This document shows, one piece after another, positions 54,355 through 64,000 of a stretch of 64,000 nucleotides of DNA; position 1 is the first letter of the stretch, and each line of letters starts with the position of its first letter. Location of the stretch: NCBI GenBank assembly GCA_973895155.1, contig OZ316891.1, positions 12,522,771-12,586,770 on the forward strand, in the 5' to 3' direction. The notes below the pieces were generated by a model. It worked only from the letters and a program-made list of their open reading frames with translations, was not told the origin of the DNA and searched no databases. The position numbers and the translations under genes were made by a program. Source of the DNA: Marsupella aquatica (lineage: Eukaryota; Plantae; Marchantiophyta).

Positions 54355-54859
54355 GCTTGCTCTTGTGTCGAGCTTGAATTCTTGGCAATTATCGGCGTCT
54401 GTCTCTCTGTGTGCTCCGAGGGGCTCGTAAGCGACATCATCACGTGTGTCTTCTCCGACGGAGCAGGGAGTTGCCGAATTACATTGCTGGTTGGCGTGGT
54501 GGAGAATCAATTGCGAATGAACTTGTAGCTCGGGCCTAGGAGCTGTTTTGACCTGTGAGACGGGCCAGTAGTGGTGAGCTAGGAATAGTTCGATCGGAGA
54601 TTTCGTGACAAGTCCTCACTTATAATGCCTTAATGCCGTCGGAATAGTGGTTCTGCAGAGCATTTCAGTAGTATGGAGGAGGATTGAGTCCAGGAGCCAA
54701 AGCTTACTTTTTGCAACAAGCTTGGTCGATGCAGATAGGGCTGGCCTCCTCATTCTCACTCGGAAGTTTGGTGTGCTGTCGTTTGGGCCAGAAGCGTCGA
54801 CGATTGTGACGGATGACGGTTTTCTTCCGTGAATCTTCTGCTTTGTAGAATTTCCCACA

Positions 54860-57800
54860 ATGGCTCCGTCTGCCCTGCCTCCTCCCGACCCCGGACCGAC
54901 TACAAACGTCGCTTTCCCTGCTGCAGGAATGAGGAGAAAAACTCCTTCGGAACTTCGGGTACGTACGCACCAACATCTGATCCAATTCTCACTTTTCTTA
55001 CTGAGTTGGACTGTGAGCCCTCCTGTCCTGTCACAAGCCATCATATTCGAGAACGAAATGAATGGGATTGTAAGTTGGAGGTTGCGATTCCTGAATAATG
55101 TTTTTGCATGTAAAGTTAATAATAATGGACGTTTAGTCACATCACTGTAGGGCTACAGGTCATGTCTAAAGTCTCCGTTCTATTTATGCAGCAAGAACAA
55201 CTTAATCGCGCAGTACGCTCAAGGAATTCTCAAGATGGACCGATTAGTGGTTTGCCATCCATTGGGTAGACATTCCTCACATCAAGCCAGCTTAACCTTC
55301 TTGCCTGAATTATCAAATTTGATGATTGTATACCCCTTCTCAATTTGCGCAAGGTTTTGTGAAGATTCATTCGTCTTGAATTTCCTCCTTAGATGGTCTT
55401 CGTCATATTGTGGCAAGTTTATCTTATGATTTCAATACTATTATACCCATACATGACGTTATTTGATGGCCTACTCGCCTTTCAGATCCACCACAGATCA
55501 GCAGACGAAGACTTATTTACGTCTGGTTGATACTTATGCGGCCACCAAACCCCATGACAGATCGAAGTTCCCTTATCCCAAACATAAGGTTCTTGAAGCT
55601 GTTCTTTGCCGTCCCATTTCTGAGCTTCAGTTACGTCCTTACCTAATAGCTTAGTTTCAGGATGTCTATCTCGTCAGGGAACACTTTCGTGGCACAGGAA
55701 AGCTAGAAAGTGATTTGTGCATTCACAGCTTTCAATAACACGTAAGATTTACTGTTAATCTATTTTTTTTGCCAGGATGATTTCAATAGAGCGCTTCCCA
55801 ATGGCAGTGTAGAAACCCATCCAACTTTCAGGTAAGTTATTTTGCTCTAGTGTATGTTTCGTTACAGGAAGTCGACCAGAGTTGTTAGAGCGCACAAGAA
55901 GGTAGTTCTTAGAGGCAACTTAGGCATGCATCAGAATTTGGCCGAGTGACAGTTGTACTCAATTTCAGGAAGCCCATTGGAGAGGAGCGTTGCTCTCTTG
56001 CCACGGCAAACGAGTTCGCGCCTGCAACCGATGGCAATTCTGCCGCAGCAGCGGAAAACCAGTCAGAGAAATTTCGAGATGTCACTCAGCTCTCCTCCAA
56101 AACGAAGCCTCAAGCCCCAGAGTCAGCATTGGATATGGTGAACTCTCTACAAGCTCGTGCAATCGTTATGTTCGCTTGATTGTGAAAAGCTCACATTATA
56201 AACTAGAAAATCAAACTTCGATCTCATGTGTCTTACTTTTGCTTGATTGTCTTCTTGAAGGCAGAAGCCCTCAAAGTCATGGCACCTGCAGCAGGGAGAG
56301 CCTTCACTGGAATGACAGTGGCCCCTGGAATCTCTAGCCAACTGCCTGATTCCTTTTCTCTGGCAACAAGTCCATCGTCTGACAAGATAAAGACGGCACC
56401 CATTGATCTTAGCTTGAAGCTTTCAGCCCGCTTTCTTTCCGTTGATACGTTGCACTGGTGGGTTTTCTACCTGATTCTTGAAATACATTCCTAGCTTGTA
56501 GTGAGTATAGTATGTGGTAATTATATGAAATGATGTCTTCTAAAGGAAAGGGTTTGAGATACCGGCAAGAATTCAGTCAATAGGTCTTTGGTTTAAAGAA
56601 TTGTTCTATCCAAGCTGTCTGGTAAGGGCAGGCATGCATGTTACACCAACATTCTTTGCTCGTGAACTTAAATTAGTTTCACTTCCAGACTATTTGCGCT
56701 TGCTGACGATGAGTATTTGTCGGTCACTAGGTCTTGTCGTCCTTCAGGAATGCCAAGAAGACAATTGTTGACAGATCTCGGTGACAATTGTTCCTGGATT
56801 CTTGTGGAAAGATCGAACTTACGTTTTCAGTTGTTGTGCACAATCTACTCCAAGAACCTACATGAATGAATTGATTTGAATTCCAGAGGTCTCTAATTGC
56901 AAGATACAGTACGGATTAGCCTCGGAGCATCAGGTGTTTGTATTTTTCTTACCTCATTCCTCTTGTTCCATGGCAGGTGTCACAGAACAAGTTCTACAAA
57001 CGAGGTCGAGGGAGTGAAGCTTTTTGTTGAAAAGTCCACATGGAATGAGAAAGTTGATTCTAGTAGTCAGTCAGACGTAGTGAGTGAGAAAGGAAGGCTG
57101 GAGAGATTTGGAACTCGGTTCTGCCAAGCGTTACACTCTTGGGTGCATCCGCCTCCAGAGTACTTGGAGCTTTACGAGATACCAATATCTGGTGCCCGAG
57201 GAGACAAAAGTATGTTCCTTGCTGACATACGTTTATTTCAGTCTGCAATTTATACCTTTGATTATTCCATGAACCACGCTCAACATGTGGCGAATGTGTT
57301 CTAGAAGAGTTTAATTTGATAGTTTTTCAAGGTAGCCCATTGTCATGCACCGTTGTGGTATTGCAAAACTTCAAAGGCTGGGGACTTCTTAATTACATTT
57401 AACTAGAAATGCGATGAATTGTAGCATCTTCGATTCCATAGTGTGGCCGGTGCAGACTTTGTTCGTAAATTTGATCCCAAAGAGCAAAAACGAAAAATTG
57501 ATTTATTTGGACAAATTGCTCAGAGAGGTATGTTTTAGTGAACTGCATTGAGAAATAATGCACGGAAAATTCTTTTTTTCGCATAAATTTGATTGAAAAA
57601 GGTCCATACGGGGTCCCCTTCGAATTTGTGATTTGGATAGTTCTTTATTTCATTGCTTTTTGACTTTTTTCTCAGAAAAGTTGGAAATGATCACAAAACT
57701 CTTTCGAACATGGGAGGATTCTTTTCGGTCTCTGTACTATATGTTCTGCCACAAGTACTGCAACGTTTTTTACGGTGAGAATACACAGGTTACGCTCTCT

Positions 57801-60453
57801 TGAAATCACCTGTAGGGACTAATACTAAGTAGGGAGTGACCAAGCTGCCGTTTCTCTATACTTCATGCGGTCTCTCAGACATAATTTTGGGATTCGACTA
57901 GCATCGTTTTGATAGGTCCTTTGTACATGCATTTCTTATGTGAGATTGACTTTATCTACTTCCTCACATTGTGTCGAGTTATATCTGAATTCTTGGACTC
58001 AATAGAAAATGCTTGTGGTAGTATCTATAGAAACTTGTAACAGAATTTCTTTTGCAGTCTGCACCCAACAATCTGTTGTGATGTTTGAACGAGGAAACAA
58101 TTTGAAGGGCGATGAGAATCGATCTCATGTCTATTGGTCCCGATCTACCCGTGGTCTGAGGAATAAACTTCAAGAGCAAGTAAGGTGACATGAAGTTATC
58201 CTCATGTAAAGGACTCAATTATTTGCATAACAGTCACTTTCTGTTTCTTATGAAGTGTATACTATATGCTTTTTGAAAGTGGTGTCCAACTTTTGAGGTG
58301 GCAATAGTGGGACGCAAATTTGCCTCTTCGCATTTTCACCTTTGTCGCCCTCCTGTGATGTTTATACGTGAGCCATGCCTCACTCTTGGTTTGCTTAGAA
58401 TTTCAGTCAGTGGAGGGTATCATACTGTAGTGGATGATAACTTAATGGAATTTTCTTCTGTAGAAGGAGTAACATTTTCGGTGTACAATTCGCTCAGAAT
58501 TTGTCTGGACAGATATAGACCGCACCGTTCGAACTCATAGTTCTTTAAACGTTACTCTTTCTTTTGAAATATTTTGTCTAATATCACTCCAGGCTTCATT
58601 CACTCCCGGCAGGCCTGTGTTTCCTACTTTAATATCCGGATCAGATGACTTATGTTTAATTGATACGTACATACGTAGGATATTCTTTGTGCCTTATAGC
58701 ATCTGTTTATTGGACCTCATAAGGTCGCCTGTCCTGTTACTTAAAGGGCAAAGACTGCTATTGCTTTGCTTTTTGGCTCAGGGAGTGGAGTTTCTCATGC
58801 CTTTCTGCACCTTGGATGCTGATTTGTCAACTATGGAAGACCTTCAAGAACTTACGGAGTTTGAGAAGCTGAATCCTGGGCAGGTAAGAAATGCAATAAC
58901 TGCATTACCTTTGTAAGGAGATTGGATTTTCTTTAAATCATCTGGTTAAGCTGATTATGTATGCTGAACTGCACAGTGACTTCTATTTAATTTTTTGAAG
59001 TCAGATGAGTTGCATTTTTGTAAACCTAAGAAAGTGTATGTAGGCATAATCTGTGGCTTTTGTTGAATATGCGAAGTAAGAAGGCGAAACCAGGACAAGC
59101 TCACTGCAGGAGTTTTATTAAAATATATGATTTTGGTTGTTGTATGTGTTGCTACAGACACGACTTGTGGATTCGAGGGCAGCTATTGACAACAATGCCC
59201 AATCCCTTCTATTCTTCGAGGGTGAAAATGTGCACCGTCTTTTCGATTTCCTTCTAAATTACAGGTGATTGCTTTCAAAGCTTTTGGGTATTGAGAATGT
59301 GTGTTTGACTTGGTCCGCTGCTTAATCGTTTATGCCACAACAAGCTGGAAACGGACCAAATAGTCCGTCGTAATTATAGCTTGACAACTAGGGAGGTAAC
59401 ATCACCGCCACAATTCTCCTGAAATTTGCTGTAATGGCTTTCATTTATAAAGTTTACCACTTTTGGGTGAGATCGAACCGAGTCAATTGGAGTATCTAGA
59501 AGCACTCCAAACACTGATGAGTCCTTTTGTGCAGGTTCTTGGTCACCTCTGGGATTGCGACTGATTTTCCTGTTCTTTATTCTCCTGTTGTATTTAGTAA
59601 AGCAGCGCTTTACACGCCAGAGGTGAGAGACCCGAATCCGTCACCTGTTTCTGAGGGCAGTGGTGGTCTCTGCCATGACATGACCTTATGTTCTTGTTCA
59701 GTGGCGTTCTCTGAAAGACATTGCCATTCTAGTTTTATTATCTGCAGTTCCCGCGAAAGGCCCAGTAATCGGTTGATAAAAACTGTATCTTGGCAACAGG
59801 TGAAATGTAGGCTTGTACAATGCCCAACAGAAAATATCTCTAAGGAGCTGCCAACGCAGAGAAGCAATGAAATGGTTTCAGACATGTTATATTCACTGGA
59901 ATTGAAGTGTCCTCCACGTGGTTATATCACACCCTGGGTTATTCAAGCAGTTTGCAGTGTACTAGAAATGTCCCAAAAGCTTGGGTTTCAAGTAAGGTGA
60001 GGTTCTCTGAAACGAATCATGTCTAGCCAGCAGCATTTTGAAACTTTTGGACTGCGCCTTACCATTGTGGGCAAATTAAACCCCTTGTGCACATATCTCA
60101 AACTCTGTTTCGGAGTTTCTCCTAACAACCTTGCCTACGACGTGGAAGAAAAAATGAGTGGGCTGGTGGTGGGATGGGTAAATCTAAGATGTCTCCCTTG
60201 GTCCAATATATCTGATCCTATACAATTTTATTTTGGCAGCTTTGTCACAGGACCTCTATCTGAGACGCTAAATGTGGCGCAAGGCAATTGCTCAGGAGCC
60301 CAAGAGACGAATCGCAATGCAGACGGAGAGGGATTGAAAGCATCCTCATCGGGGACATACCCAGGGGATGTTTCAACGAGTAAAATGAGGATAGTGAAAC
60401 ATCTGAGATATAGCGAAGGTTTTTACCAAGCAAACATGGGAGACAGGTCATAG
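54860..60453 (+). CDS. DONSON: DONSON (downstream neighbour of SON) replisome factor, multi-exon
   Basis: Plant DONSON-like N-terminal MRRKTPSELR|QEQL; PIDLSLK (~56400); ALHSWVHP (~57130); WEDSFRSLYYMFCHKYCNVFY (~57710-57775); GVEFLMPFC; DFPVLYSPVVFSKAAL; YSLELK..GYITPW. Last exon ends TAG at 60453. Some internal exon boundaries are uncertain. Confidence 0.85.
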
Positions 60454-61314
60454 CGCATAGTGAAAAGTAGATTTGGCAGGAATGCAACGGAGGCCGAAGC
60501 AGCGGTGGTTCCTATGTGAACTTGTGCTCACATCGGGTGTAGGTGTAGACAACTTTCTTTGAACTTGGGGAGCAGATACAAGTAGCGCAAAATCTCACAG
60601 CTTGTCAATGATGACCCTGTTGACAAGCCAGGTTCACATTGAGCAAAGTTGTACCTGCAACACTTTCTGGACGGGGTTTTGGATAAGAGATGAGGTCCGA
60701 GATATGCTGGTGAGTAGTCCATGCGGGTTGTACAGTTTATTTATCGCATCTCTTGATTTCAACGTCGTCTTAAAGTAGATACATCAATCTGCCAAACAAA
60801 AAGGCTACCAACCTGGAGACACGATCACTCAGGTAAAGGACCCAATCAAGGGGCGGCAACCAAAGAGAGGCACCTGCTTCCTAATTTATGCCCCTAGTAT
60901 CCCGAACTGAATAATCCAAATTGGAATATAGGTAGCCTTAGTCCACACCAGTCTTGACATACAGCAGTTAAGAGCTGAGCAAGAAATCCACCTCGAGCTG
61001 CAATGTGTTGGACTGAAATGGTGTGTTAAGGTAATCTGTGAGTCTACGTTCATGACCAAAGACTGTCACTTTACCTCGTCAGCTGGGTTCGAATTCATTC
61101 AGTGATGTAGTCTAAATGTGTTTCATTTCATTTCGTGCTTTGTGGCACTGATGGAGTCCAGACATTTAAGGTCACAATATCGGGTAACAAACTTGGCATA
61201 GAAATGCGAAAACAACTGTAAACTTCCTTGAAAAACAACAACTGTAAACTTGAAACCTGCAATTCAGAAAGTGTGTTGGCGGCACCTTTGTCTTAAACCA
61301 CAACTTTCCCTGTC

Positions 61315-61459
61315 TTAAACCACAACTTTCCCTATATAAGGGGAAATGTCCAAGACCTCTCCCTTTTGTATGCCAGTTTGCTCCACAATTGTAAGAAAAG
61401 TTTGCTTTTAATGTGAACTATGGGTTACCCTTAGCTTTTGAAGGGTAGTTGTGGTTTAA
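61315..61459. mobile_element. Small MITE family C, copy 2
   Basis: TTAAACCACAACTTTCCCTATATAAGGGGAA..GTCCAAGACCTC ... GAAGGGTAGTTGTGGTTTAA; left end locally duplicated at 61293. Confidence 0.7.
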
Positions 61460-61670
61460 TGAAAAGTCTATCATGAGCTGAAATTTATTCATGACATAGA
61501 TGTCACACCCTCCATTGCCAAGTAGAGAATGTACAATCACACGTGAAAGTTCTCAACATTCATTGAATTGCGATGGCTGAAAAATTCAAAACTTCAAGGT
61601 ATGCATTCTAATAATCAAACACAAACAGTCATATTGGAGATGATTCCAATGTAAGACATAACTTAATTAA

Positions 61671-62140
61671 TTCGTGGGCCCCTTGGCTAATTGATAGCAT
61701 GGCTATCACAAACAGTTGTCAAAATCAGGCCTTTTCGCTATGTGCTACCAAATTCTCAAGTTATGAGAATCAAAATTCAATCTGTGACAAATTCATTTGC
61801 AATTAGATGAATATCTTATCAAATGAATTGTATCACTCGTTGAGTTCAAGTTTGGACCATGGTTAGCAGTTTACCTTAATTACAAAGGGTTGGAAATCTA
61901 AAATTGGAAATGTAACTAAAACGGTTATTGAGTGACAGTTTTGACATATTTGCTCTTTGCATTTTTAAGTTTTCACATTTCTTTTTACGGCATGGCGTCC
62001 CAAAATTTACACCCAAATTGACACAAACACAAATGAAAACTGTAAGTTTGATTTACAAAATTGATGAGTCTTGTTTGTTACGGTTGTTGTTGACACGTTC
62101 TGGTGACAGGAATTTTGGAAGGGACCTCTAGTGGGTCCAT
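61671..62140 (-). mobile_element. Non-autonomous element family A, copy 3
   Basis: Reverse complement matches ~250 bp of the copy 1 5' end and the 3' end ATTAGCCAAGGGG(C/T)CCACGAA. Confidence 0.75.
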
Positions 62141-63379
62141 AACTACATTTACTGACTTATAAATTTAAGCACTAAAATGCAGATGTGAGTTTTCAGCGAG
62201 GAGACAGAGTATGAGACAACAAAGTATATATTACCACGTTGGTTATATAAACAGCCACAAACAGCCACAGAGAAAACTACCTAGTATCTTTCCGGTCAAA
62301 CCTGTCCCACAACATATCACTTGGGTAGAGAACAAAAGTGCCAAACATACACCCCAAAGGCAGCCAGACCTGGAGACATGATCCGGAAGGCATGAACCCA
62401 ATAAAGGGGAGAACACAGGGGACAAAATTAGTCAACAAATGCACTCCTGTGTGATTGCCCTCTTTGTGTAGTATATAAGAAGAGCCTATGGCAAGTCACC
62501 AATTCTCCATCAAAGATATCCAAGTTTGATTAATTCTAGGCAGAGCTGAAAGCAGACTCGAACTGATTTTCCACATTAGTCTTCGTACATGCACTGATGT
62601 GCCTTGTGTGGGATGGACATATAGATGAGGTCATGGGATGGGTAGGATATGGCATGGCATTTACTTTGAGAAAATAAAGCCCCCAGCAAGGGGTGAAAAG
62701 CTTACAACTAAACTCAGGTTGTTTTAGGCACCATCGACAACAAACAATACTCATCCTCTTTTCCTAAATGAGCCCAACCTTTCAAGTTTAGCATAAGGAA
62801 ACAATGAGCTTTGGAGGGAAGATACTATAGCTTGGGCAAAAACCCTCATTTTGGGGGCATCACAGTCACAATGCAAGAAAACTTATTTTGGGGCATTACT
62901 ATTGACCAAAATCCATTCAAGATTTTTCTCTTCACGCACCCCTGTCAATAGTTCTTTCCAGAATGCCGAGCACTACATGCAGCCACATCATCACATTTGG
63001 TCACAATCAGGAACAATGATGTTTTCAGCAAAAAACAAACACAGGTATTTGGTTTGATGTGAGACAAGGAAAAACCATTAGACCCAGTAGTTGTAAAAAG
63101 ATCAAAAATTTGAAAAGTAAATTTTATATAACAAACAACAGGGTAAAACAAAGTACCCATTTGGATTACTTGTCAATTCTATATTAGTGTTTTACCTCAA
63201 AATGCTTGTGCTTGTGATTTTTATTTTCTGCAAATTTCTGAAAAAGCCACACAATAGAAAGGTAAATAATTAGAACCCATTGAGCTTCATTCCCTAAAAC
63301 AAAATAACTTTTCTCCTTAGTATTTGACTAAATCTATCAATATCATACTCACTGGAAAGCTCAACAAATTCATAAACTC

Positions 63380-63780
63380 ATGATCTCCTTAGTAAGTACT
63401 TGACAATTTCTGTCAATGTCATGGTCATTGGAAAGCTAGATAAATTCAAAACTGTCTTTAGTACTTGACAAAAGCTACTATTGTGAGTCTCATTGAAAAG
63501 CTTGACTAGTTCAAAAGTTAGAGTTGGGTTCATAATGAGACAATGATCTGGAGACGAGTAAGCTGGAGATGAATAGTGAAAGGCTAAATGGAAAGGATCC
63601 AAGGTTGAAATTGATCCAAACAATTAGCATCAATGATATTGAAGGTGGAGGAGATAGAACGAAATGAAGATTGATATGGAGATCCAAATAGCTCCTTCTA
63701 CTCTGAGCCCATCCAAATGGGCCTAATCTTCCAGGTTGTTTCATGAGCCCACATTCTTTGTTCACATGATCATATTAAAT
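63380..63780 (-). mobile_element. Possible highly degenerate LINE endonuclease remnant
   Basis: Minus-strand fragments FGWAQSRR and SPDHCLI loosely recall the FTW..R and SDH motifs of L1 APE endonucleases; no intact ORF. Confidence 0.25.
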
Positions 63781-64000
63781 GTAGGTGATTATGTATGATT
63801 CACACAACTCACAACTTTGATACAACACTTAAGATATTGATATTTCCAGGTACATGTTTCTTTCATTGATTTTAGTAACTGCTATAGGGAGGACAGGGTC
63901 CCAAGCTAGGAGGACAGGGTCCCAAGCTAATTATATTTTTCTGTACTTTATGGAAGGGAATGCCCATCAAAAGCTCTGCAAGTGCATGGTAAGATTTGTT

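Noticed and set aside
53571-54510. Minus-strand Pro-rich and repeat ORFs (114-220 aa)
   Set aside because: Artefacts of poly-G tracts and the 27-bp repeat.

Overview
Eukaryotic, intron-rich land-plant genomic DNA. An axonemal kinesin-9 together with a BRUTUS/HRZ iron sensor points to a plant with flagellated sperm (bryophyte, lycophyte or fern; liverwort-like is a guess). Five host genes can be reconstructed: kinesin-9 KIF9/KLP1-like (+, 2846-9505), an intronless calmodulin-like CML (+, 15435-16160), BRUTUS-like hemerythrin RING E3 ligase (-, 22041-28987), an EXD1-like 3'-5' exonuclease with KH domain (-, 33981-39034) and DONSON (+, 54860-60453). A full-length but decayed ~11.2 kb Helitron (42210-53445) lies between the last two. 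Intergenic DNA holds several MITE-like elements and tandem repeats. The most unusual signals are: (1) a three-copy non-autonomous element with asymmetric ends and NTANTT hexamer flanks (Crypton/Replitron-like); (2) a ~370-bp inverted repeat bracketing the CML gene; (3) a duplicated start-codon region that gives BRUTUS a uORF derived from its own N-terminus, plus candidate 3'UTR introns. All alignments and splice models were made by eye.
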